The translations under genes and the position numbers were made by a program. From the NCBI GenBank assembly GCA_963717505.1, contig OY970342.1:1280001-1344000 (forward strand): a DNA stretch of 64,000 bases. Direction: 5' to 3'. The stretch's first letter is position 1, and each line of letters begins with the position of its first letter. The DNA comes from Candidatus Eiseniibacteriota bacterium. GTDB taxonomy: Bacteria; Eisenbacteria; RBG-16-71-46. A model generated the notes under the pieces. That model ran no database searches, had not been told where the DNA came from, and saw nothing but the letters and a program-made list of their open reading frames with translations. Below, one piece after another: positions 18,880 through 27,017 of this stretch.

Positions 18880-19890
18880 TCAAGCCCCCTGGTGAACGGC
18901 GGCGGTGGTCGCGGCGCTCACGTCGCCCCCCACGGCCATGACGTAAACCTCGTGTAGCGACGGTGGGCGCATTTCGACCCGGTCGACCACGTACGATCCG
19001 GCGAGACCGGTGAGCACCGGGCCGAGATCCCGCGCCGCCGGCCACTCGACGCGCACGGTCAATCGTCCGTCGGCCGACTCGACGTCCGCGTCGCGCCCGG
19101 CCTCGCGCCGCAGCAGGTCGGCAACCGCGCGGGAATCGGCGGTCCCCGACCGCGGCCGGAGGTCGAGCCGCAGCACTTCGGTGTCGCGTGTCGCCGTGCG
19201 CCGCATTTCGTCGAGCGTGCCGGAGAGCAGCGCCCGGCCGCGGGAGATCAGCAGGAAGCGATCGCACAGGCGCTCGACCAGGCCGAGCTGGTGCGCCGAG
19301 AGCAGCACCGCCGCCCCGCGGGCGCGCAGGTCGCCGATCAGACCCAGGAACAGCTCTTGGTTCAAGGGATCGAGGCCCGAGAACGGCTCGTCGAGCACCG
19401 CGAGCATCGGGCGATGGAGGACCGCGGCCGCGAACTGCACCTTCTGCTGGTTGCCCTTGGACAGCGTGTTCACCTTGTGGCGGGCGCGATCGGCCAGCTC
19501 GAGGCGTTCGAGCCACCGCGCCGCCTCGGCGCGCGCGTCCGGCGTGGACATGCCGCGCAGCGAACCGAGGTACTGCAGGACGTCGATCACCTTCACGTCC
19601 TCGAACAGTCCACGCTCCTCGGGGAGATAGCCGACCCGGGTCGGGTCATAGTGCCGCGCGCCGCCGAACGAGATGCGCCCTTCGTCGGGACGGGTGATGC
19701 CCATGATCATGCGAAGGGTCGTGGTCTTGCCGGCGCCGTTGGGGCCGAGAAAGCCGAAGATCTCGCCGCCCTGCACCGCGAACGACACGCCATCCACTGC
19801 GCGCAAGGTTGCGAAGTTTTTTGTGACGTGCTCGACCGAGAGCACGTGGGACGAGGGCCCCGCTGCCGTGAACGTCGCCGCGCTGGACAT
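18880..19890 (-). CDS. ABC transporter ATP-binding protein (NatA/YhaQ-like)
   Basis: Walker A 'GPNGAGKTT', 'GYLPEERGL', 'LSKGNQQK', 'LDEPFSGLDP'. Confidence 0.93.
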   Translation of the reverse strand: MSSAATFTAAGPSSHVLSVEHVTKNFATLRAVDGVSFAVQGGEIFGFLGPNGAGKTTTLRMIMGITRPDEGRISFGGARHYDPTRVGYLPEERGLFEDVKVIDVLQYLGSLRGMSTPDARAEAARWLERLELADRARHKVNTLSKGNQQKVQFAAAVLHRPMLAVLDEPFSGLDPLNQELFLGLIGDLRARGAAVLLSAHQLGLVERLCDRFLLISRGRALLSGTLDEMRRTATRDTEVLRLDLRPRSGTADSRAVADLLRREAGRDADVESADGRLTVRVEWPAARDLGPVLTGLAGSYVVDRVEMRPPSLHEVYVMAVGGDVSAATTAAVHQGA

Positions 19891-19921
19891 GAGATTGGAG
19901 ACGCTACAAACTGCGCCGCTC

Positions 19922-21235
19922 ATGCGTCAACGCTCGATCGCTCCCTTTCTCGCGACAGTGGTCGCCGCCCTCATGGCCGGTTCGCCCGCGTGGGCCGCAT
20001 CCGCGGATGGCGCGCTCAGCGTTCAGCCGGTCCTGCTCGGACTGCTGCTCATCCTGGTCGGCGCCAAGCTCGGCGGTTCCCTGTTTGCACGCTTCGGCCA
20101 GTCGCCGGTGCTCGGCGAGCTGCTCGCGGGCGTGTTGATCGGCAACCTCGGACTGTTCGGCTACCACGGGTTCGACGCCTTGCGGGACCTGGGAGGCATT
20201 CAGCTCCTGGCCGAAATCGGCGTGTTGTTCCTGTTGTTCGAAGTCGGACTGCACACCAACGTTGGCCAGATGATGGCGGTCGGGGCGTCGTCCTTGATCG
20301 TCGCGGTGCTGGGTGTGATCGCTCCGATGGTGCTGGGCTATTTCTGTTCGGCGTGGTTCTTTCCGGGGCACAACGTTCTGACCCACTGGTTCGTGGGCGC
20401 GACCCTGTGCGCCACCAGCGTCGGAATCACCGCACGCGTACTTCAGGATCTCGGGCGGACGGCCAGCGTCGAAGGCCGGATCATTCTCGGCGCCGCGGTC
20501 ATCGACGACGTGCTCGGGCTGATCGTGCTGGCCGTAGTCGCCGGGATCATCCAGGCCGCCGATGCCGGACGGACATTCGATCCCAAGTCGGGCTTCATGA
20601 TCCTGCTCAAGGCAGTGGCGTTCCTGGCGGCGGCCGTAGTAGTGGGTCGCTGGCTGTCGAAGCACGCGTTCCAACTCGCGACCCGGCTGGGCGGCAGCGG
20701 CATGCTGCTCTCGACCGCCCTTGCCCTGTGCTTCGGGTTCGCGTTCCTGGCCGGGGCGGTGGGTCTGGCCCCGATCGTCGGCGCGTTCGCCGCCGGGCTG
20801 GTCCTGGACGACGTGCACTACCGAGACCTCCAGTCGCGCGACCACAAGCAACGCAGCATCCCCGAGTTGCTCGAGCCCCTGTCGACCTTCCTGGTGCCGG
20901 TGTTCTTCGTGCTGATGGGCATGCGGGTCGACCTGTCGGTCTTCGGCGTTCCCGGCGTGCTCGGTTTCGCCGCGGTGTTGACGCTGGCGGCGGTGATCGG
21001 CAAGCAGGTGTGCGCCTTTGGCGTGCTGGAACGGGGCGCCGACCGCTGGGCCGTGGGGCTGGGCATGATCCCGCGCGGCGAAGTCGGGCTGATTTTCGCG
21101 AGCATCGGCGCCACCCTTTCGATTCGCGGCGAGCGCGTGGTCGATGGCGCTGTTTTCTCCGCGGTGGTGGTCATGGTGGCGCTGACCACTCTGATGACGC
21201 CACCGCTCCTGGTTTGGAAAATGCGCCGATCCTGA
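19922..21235 (+). CDS. Cation:proton antiporter, CPA2 (NapA/KefB-type)
   Basis: 'ATSVGIT', 'AAVIDD', 'GAFAAG', 'GMIPRGEVG'. Confidence 0.93.
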   Translation: MRQRSIAPFLATVVAALMAGSPAWAASADGALSVQPVLLGLLLILVGAKLGGSLFARFGQSPVLGELLAGVLIGNLGLFGYHGFDALRDLGGIQLLAEIGVLFLLFEVGLHTNVGQMMAVGASSLIVAVLGVIAPMVLGYFCSAWFFPGHNVLTHWFVGATLCATSVGITARVLQDLGRTASVEGRIILGAAVIDDVLGLIVLAVVAGIIQAADAGRTFDPKSGFMILLKAVAFLAAAVVVGRWLSKHAFQLATRLGGSGMLLSTALALCFGFAFLAGAVGLAPIVGAFAAGLVLDDVHYRDLQSRDHKQRSIPELLEPLSTFLVPVFFVLMGMRVDLSVFGVPGVLGFAAVLTLAAVIGKQVCAFGVLERGADRWAVGLGMIPRGEVGLIFASIGATLSIRGERVVDGAVFSAVVVMVALTTLMTPPLLVWKMRRS

Positions 21236-21254
21236 GGCGCGACAGGCCGCCCCA

Positions 21255-21545
21255 ATGAGCAACGACGATCACGCCATTCAAACCAAAGTCAAAGCGATCC
21301 TGGTGCGCAAGGGCGTCGACCTCGCGGGCGCCGGCTTCGGCGTCACGAACGGTGTCGTGACCCTCACCGGCGTCTTGAGCAGTTCCCATTTCGCGTCGGG
21401 AGGCGGCGCCCTGGATCACGTCGTCCAGGAGGCGCACTTGGCAAAGTGGCTCGAGCGCCAGATCAAGCGGATCTCCGGCGTGCGCGACGTGGTCTTCAAC
21501 CTCGACCACGTGAAGAAGGACGGCGCCCGGTTCCGGAGGCGCTGA
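21255..21545 (+). CDS. Small BON-domain-like protein
   Basis: 'DD.AIQTKVKA.L', 'V.NGVVTLTG', 'I.GVRDV..NL'. Confidence 0.6.
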   Translation: MSNDDHAIQTKVKAILVRKGVDLAGAGFGVTNGVVTLTGVLSSSHFASGGGALDHVVQEAHLAKWLERQIKRISGVRDVVFNLDHVKKDGARFRRR

Positions 21546-21607
21546 GGGGCACCGTGCGTGACACCAGGAACGTCGGGAACCGGACCGCACACGTCGCCGG
21601 CGGGACC

Positions 21608-22681
21608 ATGGGCAAGCTGCCGCCGGCGGATCTCGAACGACTGATCCGCGGGCGTCTGGGCGCGGAGCGTGACGAAGTCCTGCTGGGGCCGGGCCCGGGG
21701 CGTGACGCGGCGGTGGTGCGGGTTGGCGCCGGACGCGTCCTGGCGATCACCACCGACCCGCTGTCGCTGATTCCAGCCCTTGGACCCGAGCGCTCGGCGC
21801 GGCTCGCGGTTCATCTCGTGGTCTCCGACTCGTGGACCACCGGCATCCCGCCCGCGTGGGCGACCGTGAGCCTCGACCTGCCGCCGGATCTCGACCGGGA
21901 CGTGCTCGATCGCTACGCTCAGGCACTGCACGAGGAATGGGCGCGTCTCGGAGTCGCGGTGGTCGCGGGCCACACCGGGCGCTATCCGGGCTCGTCCCTG
22001 ACCATCGTCGGTGCGGCCACCGTGATCGGCATTGGCGACGAGGGGCGCTGGATCGGGGCGCCGTTTGTCTGTCCCGGCGATCGATTGATCGTAACCCGGG
22101 GTTGCGCGATCGAGACGACAGCGATCGCCGCGCACTTGTTTCCCCGGCGTTTCGAGCGGTTCCTGGCCGAGCATGCCGGTGTTCCTGGTGTCCGTGAGGC
22201 GGCCCTCGAGCGTGCACGCCGCCTGATCGATCAGGTGAGCGTCGTCGAGGATTGCCGGATCGCAATCCAATGCGGGGTGCGCGACCAGGGCGTGAGCGCG
22301 CTGCACGATGCCACCGAAGGCGGGGTTCTCGGCGGACTGGTGGAGTTCGCGTGTGCGGCGGCGTGCGATCTGCGGGTGATTCGAACGCTCATCCCCCTCA
22401 GTCCGGAAGCGCGCGCCGCGTGTGCAGCATTCGGCATCGATCCTTACACCGCGCTGTCCGAAGGCACGCTGCTGGTCGCCGCTCGTGCCGCGCACGCCGC
22501 ACGGGTTCTCGATGCGCTCCGTGCGGCCGGCATCGAGGCCGCGGAGGTTGGCGAATTCGTGCGTGGACCGGGCATAGTGTGGTGGGCGGAGTCCGAGGGC
22601 GAGGCGATCCGGGTGGCGGAAGCGCCACCGGATCCCTACTGGGCAGCGTACGAGCGAGCGATCCGCGAAGGCTGGGAATAG
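21608..22681 (+). CDS. AIR synthase-related (PurM/HypE/ThiL superfamily) protein
   Basis: 'MGKLP', 'GPGPG.DAAVV', 'TTDP', 'GHT', 'HDATEGG', 'SEGTLL'. Confidence 0.88.
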   Translation: MGKLPPADLERLIRGRLGAERDEVLLGPGPGRDAAVVRVGAGRVLAITTDPLSLIPALGPERSARLAVHLVVSDSWTTGIPPAWATVSLDLPPDLDRDVLDRYAQALHEEWARLGVAVVAGHTGRYPGSSLTIVGAATVIGIGDEGRWIGAPFVCPGDRLIVTRGCAIETTAIAAHLFPRRFERFLAEHAGVPGVREAALERARRLIDQVSVVEDCRIAIQCGVRDQGVSALHDATEGGVLGGLVEFACAAACDLRVIRTLIPLSPEARAACAAFGIDPYTALSEGTLLVAARAAHAARVLDALRAAGIEAAEVGEFVRGPGIVWWAESEGEAIRVAEAPPDPYWAAYERAIREGWE

Positions 22682-22694
22682 GTCCGGGAGGGTC

Positions 22695-23576
22695 ATGGCG
22701 GATCAGGTCGGCACCCGAATCAAGGAAGCAGCGCGCGCGCTGGCGGCCGGCCTGCGCATTCGGGCAACCGGGTTCATGGTCTGGGCCGGCGTGAGCCTGA
22801 TGGTGCTGGTCCTGTGGTGGGGACTCCGGAGCCATGAAGATCGCCTGCTCGAGCGCCTGATCCTGGTCGAGTCGCGGCAGCTCGAATCGTCCGCTTCGCG
22901 CGCGATCGAAGCCCGCGGCCTGGAAATGCTGCGCATGGCTCGTCGCTGGGAGGGCGTTGCCTCGCCGACCCTGGCCGATTGGGCGGACGACGCCGATCGC
23001 GTGGCGCGGAGCGACGCGCTGTTTCGCGCGTTCGAATGGCGCGATGCCGACCTCACGCCGCGCTGGACGACGCCGCTGCCCGCGGCGAGCGCCACCGGTG
23101 AGTTGGCGCCTCAATTCGAGGACGTGCGGCGCGACGCCGTGGCTCCGGCGCTGGGGAGCGACACCTACCACGTGTCCGCGAGCTTCGTCGGTCCGGAGGA
23201 ACGTCGTCAGATCCTGATTGCCGCACCGCTTCAACGCGACGGCCGGACGATCGGCGTGATCGCCGGCGTCCTGCGGGTCCGGGATCTCGCCGACACGCTC
23301 TCACTCCCCAACCTGCTGCGCGGATTCCAGCTCTCGATCAACGAAGGGGAGAGTCTGGTCTACGGTCCCGATCCCGCCGATATTTCCGAGACGTTGCGTC
23401 TGCTCGACAGCGCCCCGGTGCATGTCGGCGCGCTCGATTGGTCCATGGACTTCTGGCCGACCGACGAACGGCTCGATCGCCTGCGGTCGCCCTGGGCGCC
23501 GCTGACGCTGGTGCTGGGCCTGCTCGGGGCGATCGCGGCCGGGTATGCCGCGCACCGGCTGTCGCGACTGAAATAG
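22695..23576 (+). CDS. Membrane-anchored CHASE/Cache-like sensor-domain protein lacking an output domain
   Basis: TM, ~200-aa extracytoplasmic segment ('I.APL...G..IGVIAGVL'), TM, stop. Confidence 0.6.
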   Translation: MADQVGTRIKEAARALAAGLRIRATGFMVWAGVSLMVLVLWWGLRSHEDRLLERLILVESRQLESSASRAIEARGLEMLRMARRWEGVASPTLADWADDADRVARSDALFRAFEWRDADLTPRWTTPLPAASATGELAPQFEDVRRDAVAPALGSDTYHVSASFVGPEERRQILIAAPLQRDGRTIGVIAGVLRVRDLADTLSLPNLLRGFQLSINEGESLVYGPDPADISETLRLLDSAPVHVGALDWSMDFWPTDERLDRLRSPWAPLTLVLGLLGAIAAGYAAHRLSRLK

Positions 23577-23879
23577 TCAGCGACGGCTGCGTTGCCGCAG
23601 CCGCCGCCGATGGAGGGTGAGACGATGCCGCGGAACGCTTATCAAGCTTCGTGCCCAGTAGGTCGGGGATTGAAAGTCGGGTCCGACCTCGGGGCGGGAA
23701 CCTAGCTCCGACCCGCATTCGGCGCGGCCCCGAGCGCACGGCCCCGCGTGCCGGCGAACCGTGAGGGTTGATTCCCTCGGCGACCGCGATCGCGGGCATC
23801 ATGCAGTTCGACCGCCCTTCACCCTGCAATCTGCGATACTGGCCGGCGCCGCGAGCCGTCGGAAACCCGGAGGACCCCC

Positions 23880-25631
23880 ATGCGCATCGCCGCCATCGAC
23901 ATCGGCACCAACTCGATTCACATGGTGATCGCGGGCGCCACCGGCTCCGGCGGCTTCGAGGTCCTCGATCGCGAGCGCGAAGTGGTGCAGATCGGCCGTG
24001 GCTCGTTCACCGCCGGCCGCCTGCGCGCCGATGCGATTCAACGAACCATCAGCGCGCTCACCCGTTACGTCCAGCTCGCCCGCCGGCACCAGGTCGACCG
24101 CATCCTGTGCACGGCGACCGCGGCGGTGCGCGAGGCCAAGAACGGCGGCGACTTCCTGACCCAGGCCCGGACGATCGCCGGCGTGACGCCGCGCGTGATC
24201 CCGGCCGAGGAGGAAGGCCGGCTCATCTATCTCGCGGTCAAGGGTGCTCTTCGCCTGCCGGAAGCACCGAGCCTGATGGTCGACATTGGAGGCGGCAGCG
24301 TGCAGTTGGTCGTCGGTAATCGCGACAAGCTGCAGCGTGTGGTGAGCGCTCCGCTCGGCGCGCTGCGGCTCACCGAACGATTGCTCGACTCGGACCCGCC
24401 TTCGCGGCGCGACCTGGCTCGCCTCGACCGGACGGTGCGCAAGGCCTTGCGCGATCCGCTGGGCGTGGTGGCAGCCCTCGAGCCGGAGCAGGCCTTCGGC
24501 TCTTCGGGGTCGATCCACGCGCTGGCCCACATTGCCCACTGGAGCGAGACCGGCGGCCCGATCACGCAGATCAACGGCCACGTTCTGTCCCTGGATTCCC
24601 TGCACGCGCTGGCTCGCCGGCTTCAGAAGATGACGACCGCCGAACGCGAGCGGTTGCCCGGCATCGACGCCCAGCGAGCCGAGATCATCGTGCCCGGTGC
24701 GGTGGTGCTGCGCCACATTCTCGAGGAGCTGGAGCTGGACGGCATCACCATCTCGGACTTTGGAGTGCGTGAAGGTCTGGTCACCGACTACATCATGCGC
24801 CACGCGCAGGAGATCACCGCCGCCGAGCGGGTCCAGGACTTGCGGCTGCGTAGCGTGATGCAGCTGGCCGAGAAGTTCCAGGCCAACCTGCCCCACGCGC
24901 AACACGTGACCAAGCTGGCCCTCGACTTGTTCGACGGGTTGAGGCCGATCCATAAGCTCGGCGACGCGGCGCGCGACGCGCTTCACTTTGCCGGCCTGCT
25001 CCACGACATCGGGTCGGCGATCGGCTACGACGCGCATCCCGAGCATTCCTACTACATCATCAAGCACGGCAACCTGCGCGGGCTCGCCGCCGACGAAGTC
25101 GAAATGGTGGCGAACGTCGCCCGCTTCCACAGCAAGAGCCGCCCGCGCAAACGAGTCCCCAGCTTTCGCGACCTGGATCGCGACGGACGCCGCACGGTGC
25201 GCTGGCTTTCGGCGATCCTGCGGGTGGCGGAGGGGCTCGACCGGAGCCACTACCAGCTGATTCACAGCCTGACCGTGGTCCGGCGAAAGGGGAGCGTGAC
25301 CGTGCGTGTCGCGGCTCGACGCGAAGCCCAGCTCGAGTTGTGGGCGGCACGCCGGCGTGCGGATCTACTCTCGACCTTGATTGGGGCTCCGGTGCGGATC
25401 GTCGCGGAGAAGGCTGCGGTCAAGGCGGCGAAGCCGAGCGAGCCCAAACCGGCCGAGGCCGGAAGGCCCGCGACCAAGGCGGGCCGTGCCGGGCCTGGTG
25501 CGCGCCAAAAAACCGCGGGCAAGTCGACCCCGGCCAAGCGGACCAAACCGCAACGAGCCATCGTCCGTCGCAGCGTCGGGCGCGGCCGGCGGACGCGCGG
25601 CAACGGCACGGACGTTCGCGCCCGCACGTGA
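23880..25631 (+). CDS. ppx: Exopolyphosphatase / pppGpp phosphohydrolase with HD domain
   Basis: 'AAIDIGTNSIH', 'ATAAVREA.N', 'EEEGRL', 'DIGGGS', 'GVREG', 'LLHDIG'; SD GGAGG. Confidence 0.95.
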   Translation: MRIAAIDIGTNSIHMVIAGATGSGGFEVLDREREVVQIGRGSFTAGRLRADAIQRTISALTRYVQLARRHQVDRILCTATAAVREAKNGGDFLTQARTIAGVTPRVIPAEEEGRLIYLAVKGALRLPEAPSLMVDIGGGSVQLVVGNRDKLQRVVSAPLGALRLTERLLDSDPPSRRDLARLDRTVRKALRDPLGVVAALEPEQAFGSSGSIHALAHIAHWSETGGPITQINGHVLSLDSLHALARRLQKMTTAERERLPGIDAQRAEIIVPGAVVLRHILEELELDGITISDFGVREGLVTDYIMRHAQEITAAERVQDLRLRSVMQLAEKFQANLPHAQHVTKLALDLFDGLRPIHKLGDAARDALHFAGLLHDIGSAIGYDAHPEHSYYIIKHGNLRGLAADEVEMVANVARFHSKSRPRKRVPSFRDLDRDGRRTVRWLSAILRVAEGLDRSHYQLIHSLTVVRRKGSVTVRVAARREAQLELWAARRRADLLSTLIGAPVRIVAEKAAVKAAKPSEPKPAEAGRPATKAGRAGPGARQKTAGKSTPAKRTKPQRAIVRRSVGRGRRTRGNGTDVRART

Positions 25632-26965
25632 TGCGCGCGGTACCTCTGCGGCGGATTCTGCTGCTGGCAGCGATCGCGTTCCTCGGGACGTTCCGGGGAA
25701 CCGCGTTCGCCTCCGACCTGGTCGTGGACACGCGTCGCCGGGTCGAGCTGGTCGAAACCCGTCCGATCGAGACCACGCTCGGCAATCCCTCGCTCCGGCC
25801 GACGCTCGACACCTGGCTGACCATGATCGGAGAGGCGAAGACCCGCATCGATCTCGAAGGCTTCTACCTTTCCCATTGGCCGGGCGAGCCGATGGAGCCG
25901 GTGCTCGCCGCACTCGGAGCCGCGGCGAAACGAGGCGTTCAGGTCCGCATCGTGCTCGACAACGGTATGTACTCGACCTATCCGAATCCGGCGGACTCGC
26001 TCGCGCGCCTGCCGGGATTCGCGGTGCGCCGCATCGACATGCGCCGGATCGCCGGCGGCATCCAGCACGGCAAGTATCTCCTGGTCGACGGCCAGGACCT
26101 GTTCCTCGGCAGCCAAAACCTCGACTGGCGTTCCCTCAAGCACATCCATGAGCTGGGAGTGCGTGTCATCGACCGCAGCCTGGGGGCGGCGTTCGCCGAG
26201 GTGTTCGAGTGGGACTGGGCGGCGGCCGACACCACGACCTGGGTCGAGCTGGCGAAGCCGGACACGATCTCGAGCCGCGGCGGGGCGCGCGTGATCAGCC
26301 GCCGGCCGTCGCCGCCCAAGCCGCGACCGCCACTCGGGCCGATTCCCCTCGACATGTATGGGGAGAAGGGGTGGGTGGTGCCCAGTTTCTCACCGCGCGG
26401 CTGGATCCCAGATTCCACGCGCTGGGACCTGGACGCCATCCTCCGGCTCCTGACCTCGGCGCAAGGCGAAATCGTCGTCCAGCTCCTGACCTACGCGCCC
26501 GAGGAGTACGACGAGAAGGACGAGACGCTGGATGTGGCCCTTCGCGCGGCGGCGGCGCGCGGCGTGCGCGTGAAACTGCTGATCTCGGACTGGGTGGTCA
26601 ACGGCAAGGGCATCGGCTACCTGCAGCGTCTCTCGCGCGTGCCGAACATCGAGGTCAAGCTCTCGACGGTGCCGGAATGGAGCGGCGGCTACATACCGTT
26701 TGCGCGCGTCCAGCACTGCAAGTTCGCGATCGCGGACACCGCGCGCACCTGGATCGGCACCAGCAACTGGGGCCCGGGCTACTTCACCTCGTCGCGCAAT
26801 CTTGCGCTCACGTTCGACAGCCGCAAGCTCGCGGAACAGGCGCGCCGCGTATTCGAATCGGGCTGGTCGTCGACCTACGCCGCGGCCGTGAATCCCGACT
26901 CGACCTACCCCGAGAAGATTCGCGGCATGACCCCGCCGCAAGGGAAGCGCGTCTACGGGAACTGA
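25631..26965 (+). CDS. Secreted phospholipase D superfamily protein (two HKD motifs)
   Basis: 'HGKYLLVD....GSQN' and 'HCKFAIAD....GTSN'; signal peptide; TGATG overlap with ppx. Confidence 0.9.
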   Translation: MRAVPLRRILLLAAIAFLGTFRGTAFASDLVVDTRRRVELVETRPIETTLGNPSLRPTLDTWLTMIGEAKTRIDLEGFYLSHWPGEPMEPVLAALGAAAKRGVQVRIVLDNGMYSTYPNPADSLARLPGFAVRRIDMRRIAGGIQHGKYLLVDGQDLFLGSQNLDWRSLKHIHELGVRVIDRSLGAAFAEVFEWDWAAADTTTWVELAKPDTISSRGGARVISRRPSPPKPRPPLGPIPLDMYGEKGWVVPSFSPRGWIPDSTRWDLDAILRLLTSAQGEIVVQLLTYAPEEYDEKDETLDVALRAAAARGVRVKLLISDWVVNGKGIGYLQRLSRVPNIEVKLSTVPEWSGGYIPFARVQHCKFAIADTARTWIGTSNWGPGYFTSSRNLALTFDSRKLAEQARRVFESGWSSTYAAAVNPDSTYPEKIRGMTPPQGKRVYGN

Positions 26966-27017
26966 AGGCGGCCGATGGGTGACACCGGCCGCCTCGAACC
27001 ACTACAGCATCGCGCGT

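Noticed and set aside
25631-26965. PLD-fold gene next to ppx as ppk1
   Set aside because: It has a signal peptide, is ~445 aa with canonical HKD motifs, and lacks PPK1-specific regions
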